From: a virus
IMG/VR virus record: IMGVR_UViG_3300036770_005052
Span: 32,001-96,000 of that record
Strand: one strand, 5' to 3'
Length of the DNA stretch: 64,000 nt
This document shows positions 19,377 to 29,545 of the stretch, in pieces; position 1 is the stretch's first letter; each line of letters starts with the position of its first letter. Both the position numbers and the translations under genes were made by a program. The notes under the pieces are model-generated. The model made no database searches and was not told the DNA's origin. It worked only from the letters and a program-made list of their open reading frames with translations.

Positions 19377-20796
19377 AAATCAAATCGAAAAACCAAAATC
19401 AATCACAGTTTTTTATCATCTATTCATTCCTGATACTAATAACATGTGGGTATGGTGGATTGATGAGCAGATGGGTTTGCTGAAATCTTCAGGACTTGCT
19501 GATAAGGCAAAGATTAATATGTGTATGACTCTTCCTCTTGGATTGTATAACTCCAAGACTGGGCATTCTTATGATGAAATGGTTATTGGTTATATTAAAG
19601 ACCGTTATCCTTTTGTGAATATTGTTGATATATGTCCAACAGGAGAACAACCAAATCTTTATGAGGGTCAAACTCTTGCGAAGATTTATGAGCACTGTCA
19701 AGAATATGATGGATTTGTTTTCTACTTCCATAACAAAGGAATGAGTTCTTATTCAACTCATATTCCTGGTGCCATTAAAGATTGGCGACACTACATGCAG
19801 TATTATAATATTGAAAAGTGGGAAGATTGCGTTGCCAAACTTGAAGAAGGATATCAGTGTTGTGGTGTTGATTGGGTTGAACGCCATGATATTAAACTTG
19901 ACTTTGTGGTTCAGCACTATGCTGGAAACTTTTGGTGGGCACGAAATGATTATATCCGTACTCTAAAGCATCCAATCAAGATCGAAGAGTACATGGATGT
20001 AGAAGCGATGATGCGAGAACTGCAAAACTATCGTTATTGTTTTGAACTTTGGATGGCAACTGGTAATCCAAAGCAACACTGCTTCCATTATCGCCGTCAT
20101 CATCAGTATGATAATCAGGGACTGGAAAGATACTTTACATACTTCCCACCCGAAATGTATCGTGAAGATGTTGAAACTGATGAAACGAAATATACAAGAA
20201 ATAAACTTGATGTATTGTTAGAAATTGGAAGACAAAATATGTTTAATTGGAGAGATCATCGTCGGTTTGCTGATTGGATTGTTCGTCGTAAGCAACCAGA
20301 AACGATTGTGGATCTTGGAGTTGATTATGGTTATTCGACATTCTGTTTCGCAATTCCCGAGATTGGACATGTTTATGGTATTGATAGTTTTGAAGGAGAT
20401 GTTTGTGCAGGAGAACGAGATACTTATGAATATGTGATTAATAAGCAAAAAGAACTTGACTTAAACAACATTACAATCATTAAAGGATTCTTTGATGATA
20501 TTGTGAAAACTTGGGATAAGCAGATTGATATTCTCCATATTGATGGTCTTCATACCTATGAGGCAGTCAAGAATGATTTTGAGAAGTGGTCGCCATTTGT
20601 AAAAGAAAATGGTATAATACTAATGCATGATACTATGGTTGAAGATCCAAAGTTTGGTGTGAGCAGATTCTTTAAAGAAATTAATCTTCCTAAAACTAAC
20701 TTTGGACATTGTAATGGACTGGGTGTTGTGAGTAAAGACATAAATCTTATTAACGAAATCAAAAATAATTTTGGAGAGTTTATTCGTGAAATTTAA
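19363..20796 (+). CDS. fusion of a YxHxKG/GNFWW domain and a class I SAM methyltransferase (Methyltransf_24-like)
   Basis: N-half paralogous to the previous ORF; C-half has DLGVDYGYS, GIDSF, IDILHIDGLHTYE, MHDT. Confidence 0.75.
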   Translation: MLQYRNQIEKPKSITVFYHLFIPDTNNMWVWWIDEQMGLLKSSGLADKAKINMCMTLPLGLYNSKTGHSYDEMVIGYIKDRYPFVNIVDICPTGEQPNLYEGQTLAKIYEHCQEYDGFVFYFHNKGMSSYSTHIPGAIKDWRHYMQYYNIEKWEDCVAKLEEGYQCCGVDWVERHDIKLDFVVQHYAGNFWWARNDYIRTLKHPIKIEEYMDVEAMMRELQNYRYCFELWMATGNPKQHCFHYRRHHQYDNQGLERYFTYFPPEMYREDVETDETKYTRNKLDVLLEIGRQNMFNWRDHRRFADWIVRRKQPETIVDLGVDYGYSTFCFAIPEIGHVYGIDSFEGDVCAGERDTYEYVINKQKELDLNNITIIKGFFDDIVKTWDKQIDILHIDGLHTYEAVKNDFEKWSPFVKENGIILMHDTMVEDPKFGVSRFFKEINLPKTNFGHCNGLGVVSKDINLINEIKNNFGEFIREI

Positions 20797-21628
20797 TCTG
20801 TGTCGTATTGTACCTGATAATGGTTTTTATATTCATTCTCAAGTTTTCCATGAGATTGAAGCGGCGATGTTTTTTACCCTTCAAAGGATGGGGTATGAAG
20901 TTACGAATAGTGTAAATGACTTCAAAAGAGATGCTAGAAATATTGTGTTTGGAATGCACCACTGCCCCGTAGATGTTGTTCGGCATGATGTTCCTAAAGA
21001 TACAATTGTATATTCTTTAGAACAAATGAGAGATTCTCCAGAGTGTATTCGATGGTGTAGAAAATATCGTGGATTAGAAGTATGGGATTATTCTATGAGG
21101 AACGTAGATGTTCTTCGTAAGGCAGGTGTAGAAAATATCAAGCACTGTAAAGTTGGATATGTCCCAGAAATTTCTTACTTTGAAAGGAACAAACCAGAAG
21201 AAAGAGATATTGACATTCTTTTTTATGGTTCTCCATCTCCTAGAAGAGTTGCTGTAATGGATGTTTTTGATAAAGATCCAAACATCAACTTTGTTCATGT
21301 TCAATCAACTTATGGTGATGATCGTGATAAGTATATTCAAAGAGCAAAGTTGGTAATTAATTTGCACAATCACGATAATCAAATCTTTGAAATCATTCGC
21401 GTATCGCATTTGATTCAAAATAAAGTTCCTGTTCTTTGTGAGAGAAATTCTTATACAGATTTTCCAGATTATATGGAAGGAACAGTGTTTACTGCGCCAT
21501 ATGAACAGTTTGTTGCGAAGGCATATGAACTTCTGAAAAATACAAAAGAACTAGATGAGCAAGCAGAAAGGGGATTGGAAATTTTTAAAAAATCTCCCAT
21601 GGAAAATTTTCTTAAGGAGGTTTTATGA
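20786..21628 (+). CDS. GT-B-like glycosyltransferase
   Basis: DIDILFYGS..RR, KLVINLH, FEIIRVSHL; GTG start assumed. Confidence 0.6.
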   Translation: MKFNLCRIVPDNGFYIHSQVFHEIEAAMFFTLQRMGYEVTNSVNDFKRDARNIVFGMHHCPVDVVRHDVPKDTIVYSLEQMRDSPECIRWCRKYRGLEVWDYSMRNVDVLRKAGVENIKHCKVGYVPEISYFERNKPEERDIDILFYGSPSPRRVAVMDVFDKDPNINFVHVQSTYGDDRDKYIQRAKLVINLHNHDNQIFEIIRVSHLIQNKVPVLCERNSYTDFPDYMEGTVFTAPYEQFVAKAYELLKNTKELDEQAERGLEIFKKSPMENFLKEVL

Positions 21629-23478
21629 AAGTAATTGATGGTTTTTCATTCTTTAATGAATTTGATATTCTTAAGTTGAGATTGGAATATCTCCGCGATG
21701 TTGTAGATTATTTTGTTATTTCTGAATGTAACTATACACATTCTGGAAAACCAAAACCATATTATTTGGATCAAATAATTGATCAATTTGATGATGAATT
21801 AAAGTCTAAAATTATTCGTCTTAAATATGAACCCAATATTGATGGGTATGATTTTAGTAATAGGGATGAATGTAATTTTGAATCTGGTTTTTGGAAATTA
21901 GAACAGGGGCAACGAGATCATATCAGTAAAGGATTATTTCAATTTGGATTTGATGATCTTTTCATGTTAAGTGATGCTGATGAGATTCCGAAGAAAGAAT
22001 TGATTCTTTATATGAAAGATAATATTTCTAAAGAATCATTTGCCACTGCTATGTGTGAAAACTTTTATTATAATTTTAATACATATGAAAATGATACGTG
22101 GGCAGGAACAGTATTTACTACAGTTAAGAATGCACTAGAAAATGGATGCAATTACTTAAGAGCAAACTGTTTTACTTTTCCTTTTGCAGAAAAGTCTGGG
22201 TGGCACCTTACATTCTTTGGTGGAATTGAACAAATTAAAACAAAGTTGGAATCCTATGCTCATCAAGAATTTAATCGTGATGATATTAAAAATGAAGAGC
22301 ATATTAAAACCGCGATTAAAACTGGGACTGATCTTCTAGATCGTAAGCATGAACATAAACAGTTCATCAAGTATAATTTTTCAAACTTTCCAGAAGACTT
22401 TAAAAGTGCTATAATTAAAACATTCGCAGAAGAATACTATAAGATGCCAGAACCCGAAGTTGTAACACGACCAGAGTTTCTTCATAATAATATGCCACCA
22501 CTTCTTGAGGCATCGTTGAATCCTGATGGAACTGGTGGTACGGAGATTATGGGTCGTGCTTGGCAAGATCTTGTTCTTCCTGCGGCACCAGATCTTGCCG
22601 ATTGGCACTGGTGTGTGATTCCTGGTGATAATATTATTGCGCCAGATAATTCTAATATTGTTTGGTTGCATCCCCATCATAATGAGGTTGGTCTTGAACA
22701 GTTGATGGACAAGCAGTTCCAGAAACATTTTAAAGCATATGTTTTTGTTTCTGATTGGCAATATGGGAGATTTGGTGAAAAGTTTAATCTTCCCATGGAG
22801 AAATGTTTTGTTCTTAAGAATGCAATTCATCCTTTTGAACCTCATAAGAAACCTGAAGGAAAACTTCAACTGATGTTCCATCCTAATCCAATCCGTGGAT
22901 TGGATCTTCTTTTGGAAGGTATTAAATTGATTCCGGAAGAGGACTTTGAACTTCATATTTTCCATGAACTTGATCCTGATGAGCGTAAAAAACAATATGC
23001 TCAAGGGTTACAAACATATGAATATTCTCATGTTTGTGAACAAGAAGAAAAGTTTCTTCGTTACTGTTTAGCACTCGCAAATGATGATAAGCGAGTTGTT
23101 CGTCATACACGAACAAATAACTCTAAAATTCGTGAGCAATTGATGAAGACTCATATCTTTGCTTATCCATCATACTTTCAGGAGACATCTTGTATTTGTT
23201 TGATTGAAGCACTTTCTGCTGGATGTTCTGTAGTTGCAAGTAATCTTGCGGCACTTTCTGAAACTTCTCTGGGATTTGCTCGTCTTTATGGGTATATTCC
23301 TGATCGCCAAAAACATATTGAGCGTTTTGCGGAAGAACTTAAACAAACTATTACAGAATACCGAAATGGGCAGTTTGATAGCACCGCTCAAGTACAGGTA
23401 ATAAATAACTACTACAGTTGGGATACTAGAATCCAAGACTGGGTTAAATTTTCAAAAGAACTTTGGAGGAAATTTTAA
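21625..23478 (+). CDS. GT17 (GnT-III-like) domain fused to a GT4/GT-B glycosyltransferase
   Basis: DGFSFFNEFDILKLRL, THSGKPK, SDADEIP, GWHLTFFG, SYAHQE; C-half has GGTE and YPSYFQETSCICLIEALSAG. Confidence 0.85.
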   Translation: MKVIDGFSFFNEFDILKLRLEYLRDVVDYFVISECNYTHSGKPKPYYLDQIIDQFDDELKSKIIRLKYEPNIDGYDFSNRDECNFESGFWKLEQGQRDHISKGLFQFGFDDLFMLSDADEIPKKELILYMKDNISKESFATAMCENFYYNFNTYENDTWAGTVFTTVKNALENGCNYLRANCFTFPFAEKSGWHLTFFGGIEQIKTKLESYAHQEFNRDDIKNEEHIKTAIKTGTDLLDRKHEHKQFIKYNFSNFPEDFKSAIIKTFAEEYYKMPEPEVVTRPEFLHNNMPPLLEASLNPDGTGGTEIMGRAWQDLVLPAAPDLADWHWCVIPGDNIIAPDNSNIVWLHPHHNEVGLEQLMDKQFQKHFKAYVFVSDWQYGRFGEKFNLPMEKCFVLKNAIHPFEPHKKPEGKLQLMFHPNPIRGLDLLLEGIKLIPEEDFELHIFHELDPDERKKQYAQGLQTYEYSHVCEQEEKFLRYCLALANDDKRVVRHTRTNNSKIREQLMKTHIFAYPSYFQETSCICLIEALSAGCSVVASNLAALSETSLGFARLYGYIPDRQKHIERFAEELKQTITEYRNGQFDSTAQVQVINNYYSWDTRIQDWVKFSKELWRKF

Positions 23479-23724
23479 ATGGCTACAAAAACTGAAACCC
23501 TTACAATGCCTTTAATGCATGTATATCACTTAACTGCGGATCCTGCAAATGATACTGGTTATACGATTGAAGAGGTAACAAAGTTAATGGAAGAGCATGG
23601 ATCCGATTATAAGATTGAAGTAACTGTGACTCATCCAATTCCAGATCCACAACCAGAAGAAATAGAAGTATCTTCGGAAGTAGTAGAAGAAAATTCGGCA
23701 ACATCTCAAGAAGTAACAGAATAA
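23479..23724 (+). CDS. small acidic hypothetical protein
   Basis: GGAGG ribosome-binding site; abuts the previous stop. Confidence 0.6.
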   Translation: MATKTETLTMPLMHVYHLTADPANDTGYTIEEVTKLMEEHGSDYKIEVTVTHPIPDPQPEEIEVSSEVVEENSATSQEVTE

Positions 23725-23741
23725 TTTTTATTTAAATCATT

Positions 23742-24728
23742 ATGAATTTTGTAAAATTTGCTTTGGAAAATGGTGGAAGTATTCATCCTCTTTTAATACC
23801 ATCTTCAGAATTAAAGGGACCTGCTCTCACTAATCCTTCAATATACAATGATAATGGTAGGATTTTATTAAACTTAAGGAATATTAATTATACCCTATAC
23901 CATTCAGAAAAGAAAAAGTTTGAGCACCATTGGGGACCATTAGTTTATATTCATCCAGAAAATGATCTTCGTCTTCGCACAAAAAATATTATGTGTGAAG
24001 TTGATGATAATATGAATATTAAATGGTATAATCATATCGATACTTCAAGTTTTCCTGATAAAGAATTGTGGGAATTCGTTGGTCTTGAAGATGCTCGAAT
24101 TGTTCGATGGGATGGAAAACTCTATATTTGTGGTGTAAGAAGGGACTTAGAAACTACTGGTATAGGTAGAATGGAACTTTCTGAAATTGAAATCACAGGA
24201 AGTGGAGTTAAAGAACTTGCTCAATATAGGATTCCTACACCAGGTCATACTGGTAATGAAGGTTCTTATTGTGAAAAAAATTGGATGCCAATTCTTGACA
24301 TGCCATATCATTTTGTAAAATGGACAAATGGTACAGAAGTAGTTAAATATGATATTGAATCTAATAAAACAGAACAAGTTTTAGTTAAAAACTGGAGAGA
24401 TTTAGGTTGTATAGATTTACGGGGAGGATCTCAAGTAATTCCTATTGGTGTTTATCGTTTTTGTCTTAATCATGAAACTTATCTTTTCCGTAGTCCTGCA
24501 GACAGAAAAGATGGAACATATCGTCATAGATTTATAGTCTGGGATGAAAATTGGGATATTGTAAAAGTTTCCAAACAATTTGCATTCTTAAATGCTGAAG
24601 TAGAATTTGCAGTCGGGATGTGTGAATATAATGATGACTATTTGATTACTTTTGGTTTTCAAGATAATGCAGCTTATTTGTTAAAAGTTCCACAAAAATT
24701 TGTTTATGATTTCATTTTTGAAGACTAA
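23742..24728 (+). CDS. five-bladed beta-propeller glycoside hydrolase/phosphorylase-like protein (GH130/GH43-like)
   Basis: NPSI, GLEDARIV, EKNWMP, LRGGSQ, EFAVG, FGFQD motifs. Confidence 0.65.
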   Translation: MNFVKFALENGGSIHPLLIPSSELKGPALTNPSIYNDNGRILLNLRNINYTLYHSEKKKFEHHWGPLVYIHPENDLRLRTKNIMCEVDDNMNIKWYNHIDTSSFPDKELWEFVGLEDARIVRWDGKLYICGVRRDLETTGIGRMELSEIEITGSGVKELAQYRIPTPGHTGNEGSYCEKNWMPILDMPYHFVKWTNGTEVVKYDIESNKTEQVLVKNWRDLGCIDLRGGSQVIPIGVYRFCLNHETYLFRSPADRKDGTYRHRFIVWDENWDIVKVSKQFAFLNAEVEFAVGMCEYNDDYLITFGFQDNAAYLLKVPQKFVYDFIFED

Positions 24729-24752
24729 TAAAATAATTTTTTATATTTCTAT

Positions 24753-26456
24753 ATGAATATTTCTGTACTTTTTTTAAATTTATCTTCTAGAGATGTAATC
24801 TTAACTCATGATTTCATATTGAATGACTTGTTAAATGATTATGAAAAATCAATTTCATATTTAAATTCTGATCAAATAACGGATCAAAAATTTGATGTGC
24901 TTGTTTATAGTTGTAGAAATCCAACAATTGAAGTTCACTTTGGGTATGCTCCACCATTTGAAGTTGTTTTAGATGTGGTTAAAAAAGTAAAACCAAAAAT
25001 TATTATTCAATTGTCTGATGAATTTTGGCAAGAAAATAATAATATTCATAATTCTCTTGCTGATCATTGCAAGTTGTTTATAAAAGAACATTTCCATTGG
25101 AATCATTCTTATACTTCAAATACAATTCAAAAACCATTAGGTTACTTAAATGATTTTCCTGTTGACTTAGAAAATATTAAACCAATTAATGATAGGAAAT
25201 ATTTTTGGTCATGGGTTGGTTATTTAAAAGGTGATCGACAAGACATGATTAATAAATTCATGAGAATCTGGTATCATGTTTGTGCGTCTAATGGTGGATT
25301 AAGTAGACCTGAAATTCATGAACTTTATAGTAATTCTAAATTTGTTCCTATTGGTAGAGGAAATTCATCTGTAGATTGTTGGAGAATTTATGAAGCAATA
25401 GTTTGTGGTGCTATTCCTGTAATAGTATCTTATGAAGATGAAATAAACTGGTCTTTTCAATATAAAGAAAAACTTCCAGCAATATATGCTTCAAATTGGG
25501 ATGAAGCATCTGATATCTGTATACGATTATCAGATGATCCTGAAGCAATGTCTGCTAAGCAGGAAGAACTTTTAAATTGGTGGAAAAATACAATAGCATA
25601 TACTAAAGAAGAAATTAAAAAAGTATTTTATGAAACATCAATAACTGTCATATGTGCATGTAAAAATAGAGATCCTGCTTTAAAAGTTTCTCTTAGATCT
25701 TGGTTAAATTTTGATCAAATATCTGAGATTATTATCGTTGATTGGAGTTCTGATAATTCATTAGAATATTTAACGTCTTGGGATAAAAGAATTAAAGTAG
25801 TATCAGTACCTAATCAAAATTATTTTAACCAACCACAACCATTAAATTTGGCAACAAAATTAGCCGAAAGTAAATATATTCTCAAGCTTGATTGTGATTA
25901 TATCTTAAATCCCTATTTTAAATTTTTTGAAAATAAAGAATATTTAATTGATGATCAATCTTTTGTTTGTGGACAAAATACAGTTGATCGGGGATTTGAT
26001 CCTTATTACAAGTATCTTTTCGGATTCCTTTATGTTTCTAAATCGAACTTTATGAAAATAAACGGATTTTCTGAACGTTTTTGTAAATGGTATGCATCTG
26101 AAGATCAGGATATTATGATGAGATTAGAAAATCTGGGTCTGAAGAAAAGGGGAATGGATTATGATCATAACGTAATTCATATACCTCATTCAGATAAAAA
26201 ACGGACAGAAAATTTTGAAGCGACAGTAATTGAAAAAGAATATGAAGACGACATAAGAGAAAGAATGAAGCATAGGGGATTTGATGGTGAAGAATTGCAA
26301 TGGCAAACTGAATTTTCTCTAGCTCAAATGCATGTGAATGCAAATCAAGGATGGCTTTCTCAAATGGGAAATGATTATGTTTGTACGGATCCAATGACCG
26401 AATGGGATATTGAAAGGATAAATTCACAATATTATATTGCAAAGAAACATGAATAA
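24753..26456 (+). CDS. exostosin/GT47-like domain fused to a GT2/GT7-like domain
   Basis: PIGRGNSSVDCWRIYEAIVCGAIPV; ACKNR, VDWSS, LDCD, NGFSE...YASEDQD. Confidence 0.75.
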   Translation: MNISVLFLNLSSRDVILTHDFILNDLLNDYEKSISYLNSDQITDQKFDVLVYSCRNPTIEVHFGYAPPFEVVLDVVKKVKPKIIIQLSDEFWQENNNIHNSLADHCKLFIKEHFHWNHSYTSNTIQKPLGYLNDFPVDLENIKPINDRKYFWSWVGYLKGDRQDMINKFMRIWYHVCASNGGLSRPEIHELYSNSKFVPIGRGNSSVDCWRIYEAIVCGAIPVIVSYEDEINWSFQYKEKLPAIYASNWDEASDICIRLSDDPEAMSAKQEELLNWWKNTIAYTKEEIKKVFYETSITVICACKNRDPALKVSLRSWLNFDQISEIIIVDWSSDNSLEYLTSWDKRIKVVSVPNQNYFNQPQPLNLATKLAESKYILKLDCDYILNPYFKFFENKEYLIDDQSFVCGQNTVDRGFDPYYKYLFGFLYVSKSNFMKINGFSERFCKWYASEDQDIMMRLENLGLKKRGMDYDHNVIHIPHSDKKRTENFEATVIEKEYEDDIRERMKHRGFDGEELQWQTEFSLAQMHVNANQGWLSQMGNDYVCTDPMTEWDIERINSQYYIAKKHE

Positions 26457-28317
26457 ATTTAAAAATTTTCCTACTGCATATTACTTATCTTTAGAGGAAT
26501 CAATTGAACGTCAAAAAAATATTGAGAACGAATTTCTTAAATATAATATAAAATTAAATCCTATAATTTCAAAAAGATTTTCAGAATCTAATGATAAAAT
26601 TTTTGGAAAACATCTGAATCAATTAAATTCTGGAACAGCAGGATGTTGTGTTTCTCATCTCAAAGCAATTAAAGATTGGTATGATAATTATAATGACGAC
26701 TATGCCTTTTTTTGTGAGGATGATCTGTCATTAGAAACTGTAAAGTATTGGAATTTTTCTTGGGATCAATTTATTGAAAATGTTCCTAAAGATTATGATT
26801 GTATTCAGCTATTGACAATTCGTAAAAATTTTGATACATTTACAATACGTGAAAGATATTGGGATGATTGGGCTGCAACCGCATACATCATTAGAAGAGA
26901 GTATGCAAAAAAAATTATAGATACTTACATAAAGGAAGACACTTTTAATTTAGAAATACCAAATGTAGAAGTGATGCCCTTAATTGAAAATATTTTATTT
27001 ACTATAGGTAAAACATATACTATTCCTTTATTTGTGGAAAATACAGAATTTGATTCTACATTTTCCAAAGCACAAGATGATGATGTAAATGAAGGGCAAA
27101 AAAATAATCATAAGATAGCACATGATATTGTTTTAAATTATTGGAAATCTAAAATGAATACTAATTTATCAACATTATTAACTGAATTTTCATTAGATAC
27201 TGAAAATGCAATTAATAATTTTAATCTTGGAGTTTGGTATGAAAATAGTGGACATACTGCTCCTGCTTTATCTTATTTTTTAAGATGTGCAGAAAGATCT
27301 GATGATGATCATCTTGCATATGAAGCTTTGATTCGAGCTTCATATTGTTATGATAAACAAGGAACTAGAGATGGAAGTGCAAAGTCTTTGCTTGAACAAG
27401 CATTGTGTTTGTTACCTACTAGACCCGAAGCATACTTTCTTTTAAGTAGATTTGCAGAGAGGCGTCAATGGTGGCAAGACTGTTATATTCATGCCAATAA
27501 TGGATTAATGTTTGCTGAGCATGATTCTCATCCAGATTTAATTACTGATGTTGAATATCCCGGATATTATGGATTGCTTTTTGAAAAGGCAATTTCTGGA
27601 TGGTGGTGGGGTAAAAATGAAGAATGTAAAAATATTTTGTTAGATATCAAAGATAACTATACATTAAATGAAGTATATCAAAAAAGTGTTTATGATAATT
27701 TAAAAAAAATTGGAGTAGAAATTTTAGAAGAATCTTCTAATTATTTTCACAATGAGTATTTGAATGCATGTAATACACCTAGTGATATAAATGAAAATCT
27801 TCACATTCTTTTTGATCTTGCTAATGAATGTGAACATGTTACTGAATTTGGAGTAAGATCTGGTGTTAGTACTAGGGCATTTTTAAATACAAATGTATCT
27901 TTAAGATCATACGATTTGGAAAAAAATTCGGTCGTAACTGATCTGTTTGAGATGGCAAATAGTATTGGAAAAGATGCCAAGTACTATGAAGAAGATGTAT
28001 TAAATGTCGAAATTGAAGAAACTGATCTTCTGTTTTTTGATACTTGGCATCATTATGAACAGCTAAAGCAAGAGTTGAATAAACACTCCAGCAAAGTAAG
28101 GAAATATTTGGTTTTTCATGATACACATACTTATGCGATGTCTGGTGAGAAATGTTCTAATGCAAGTAGTGGAAATATATTAACAGATACTATTGAAAAT
28201 CCTGAAGGTTTATTGCCAGCAATTATAGAATTTATGGTGTCTAATTCAAATTGGATTTTTAAAGTTTATAAAAAAAATAATAATGGATTAATTGTTCTTG
28301 AAAAAAAAACTTTATGA
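26449..28317 (+). CDS. GT25-like + TPR + SAM methyltransferase-like multidomain protein
   Basis: LSLEESIER, GCCVSHLKAI, CEDD (GT25); ALSYFLRCAE and PTRPEAYFLL (TPR); EFGVRSGVST, DLLFFDTWH, FHDT (MTase). Confidence 0.75.
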   Translation: MNKFKNFPTAYYLSLEESIERQKNIENEFLKYNIKLNPIISKRFSESNDKIFGKHLNQLNSGTAGCCVSHLKAIKDWYDNYNDDYAFFCEDDLSLETVKYWNFSWDQFIENVPKDYDCIQLLTIRKNFDTFTIRERYWDDWAATAYIIRREYAKKIIDTYIKEDTFNLEIPNVEVMPLIENILFTIGKTYTIPLFVENTEFDSTFSKAQDDDVNEGQKNNHKIAHDIVLNYWKSKMNTNLSTLLTEFSLDTENAINNFNLGVWYENSGHTAPALSYFLRCAERSDDDHLAYEALIRASYCYDKQGTRDGSAKSLLEQALCLLPTRPEAYFLLSRFAERRQWWQDCYIHANNGLMFAEHDSHPDLITDVEYPGYYGLLFEKAISGWWWGKNEECKNILLDIKDNYTLNEVYQKSVYDNLKKIGVEILEESSNYFHNEYLNACNTPSDINENLHILFDLANECEHVTEFGVRSGVSTRAFLNTNVSLRSYDLEKNSVVTDLFEMANSIGKDAKYYEEDVLNVEIEETDLLFFDTWHHYEQLKQELNKHSSKVRKYLVFHDTHTYAMSGEKCSNASSGNILTDTIENPEGLLPAIIEFMVSNSNWIFKVYKKNNNGLIVLEKKTL

Positions 28318-29087
28318 ATAAAAAATCAATTCCTGTTATTGGAGTTCCGATTGTAAATGGAGTTCATTGGTTAAAAAGATTAATCGATAGTATTGATTAT
28401 CCAACAGATAATCTTTTTATTATCAATAATAATGGGAGAGATCAAATAACCAAAGAGTTAGATGATCTAACAAAGATCGATCACAAGTTTATAAAACAAA
28501 TAAAAGTTTGTCATCTTCCATCAAATATTGGTTGTAGCGGGGCTTGGAATTTAATCATTAAGTGTTATATGATGTGCCCATATTGGATTATTGCAAATCA
28601 TGATATTTGTTTTTCTCCTGGGCTTCTTGAAAACATGGTTAATAGTTCTGAAAATGAAGATATTGGAATTGTAAAGGGTAAAAAATTTCAATGGGATTTA
28701 TTCTTGATAAAGGATTTTGTAATTCAAGAGTGTGGTTTATTTGATGAAAATTTTTATCCAGCATATGTTGAAGATTGTGATTATCATATCAGATTAATGT
28801 TAAAAAATATTGAAACTTCGGTAGTAGATATTCCTTATTTACATGGAGATGTTGATTATGAAACTACTGGATCTCAAACTTGGAGAACCGATTATTCATT
28901 AAAGGAAAAATTAGATTATTCTCACGATTGTAATATGTATTATATTGCTGAAAAATGGGGTAGTAATTGGAGAGATTCTAATTGGGAATATCATCCATAT
29001 GATTATCCATATAATAATTCAAGTATACCAATTTCATATACTACTTACGATTTAAAATTTGTTCGTAGAAAAAATATTGGTTTTTAA
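28314..29087 (+). CDS. GT2-like glycosyltransferase
   Basis: SIDYP, NIGCSGAWN, ANHDI, GLFDENFYPAYVEDCDY. Confidence 0.8.
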   Translation: MNKKSIPVIGVPIVNGVHWLKRLIDSIDYPTDNLFIINNNGRDQITKELDDLTKIDHKFIKQIKVCHLPSNIGCSGAWNLIIKCYMMCPYWIIANHDICFSPGLLENMVNSSENEDIGIVKGKKFQWDLFLIKDFVIQECGLFDENFYPAYVEDCDYHIRLMLKNIETSVVDIPYLHGDVDYETTGSQTWRTDYSLKEKLDYSHDCNMYYIAEKWGSNWRDSNWEYHPYDYPYNNSSIPISYTTYDLKFVRRKNIGF

Positions 29088-29109
29088 ATATATAATAAAA
29101 AATACAATT

Positions 29110-29346
29110 ATGAACTTTACTGTCTATTCAAAACCAGGTTGCCCATATTGTGATAAAGTAAAAGAAGTATTAAACTTGACAAAACAAACGTATGTGGTTT
29201 ATACTTTAAATGATAACTTTACCAAAGAAGAATTTTATGCAGAATTTGGTGAAGGATCAACATTCCCACAAGTTTTGTGTGATGATAAAAAAATAGGAGG
29301 TTGCGTTGACACGATCAAATTCCTCAAAGAAAATAAAATTGTCTAG
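29110..29346 (+). CDS. nrdC: glutaredoxin (NrdC-like)
   Basis: CPYC active site, TFPQV, IGG. Confidence 0.9.
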   Translation: MNFTVYSKPGCPYCDKVKEVLNLTKQTYVVYTLNDNFTKEEFYAEFGEGSTFPQVLCDDKKIGGCVDTIKFLKENKIV

Positions 29347-29524
29347 TAAAGATATAAATAACTCAGAGTCCCATGATATTAATCGTGGGTTTGATATTAT
29401 ACTTAATGGAGGAAAGAAAAAGCAAACCAAACCGTTTCATATCATTTTCGAGAAAATGGTTTGCTTTCTCAATCGGGAGACGACCATTCATTTCGAGTTT
29501 TTCTTTAATACTAGAAAGAAATAA
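29306..29524 (+). CDS. hypothetical cyanophage protein (start uncertain)
   Basis: ORF fills the gap between glutaredoxin and the next gene. Confidence 0.5.
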   Translation: MTRSNSSKKIKLSSKDINNSESHDINRGFDIILNGGKKKQTKPFHIIFEKMVCFLNRETTIHFEFFFNTRKK

Positions 29525-29545
29525 AGTAGTTTTCCGGAGAAACAC

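Noticed and set aside
29176-29205. TTGACA-18-TATACT inside the glutaredoxin gene
   Set aside because: Plausible internal promoter, but intragenic with an 18-nt spacer in AT-rich DNA; not supportable without TSS data
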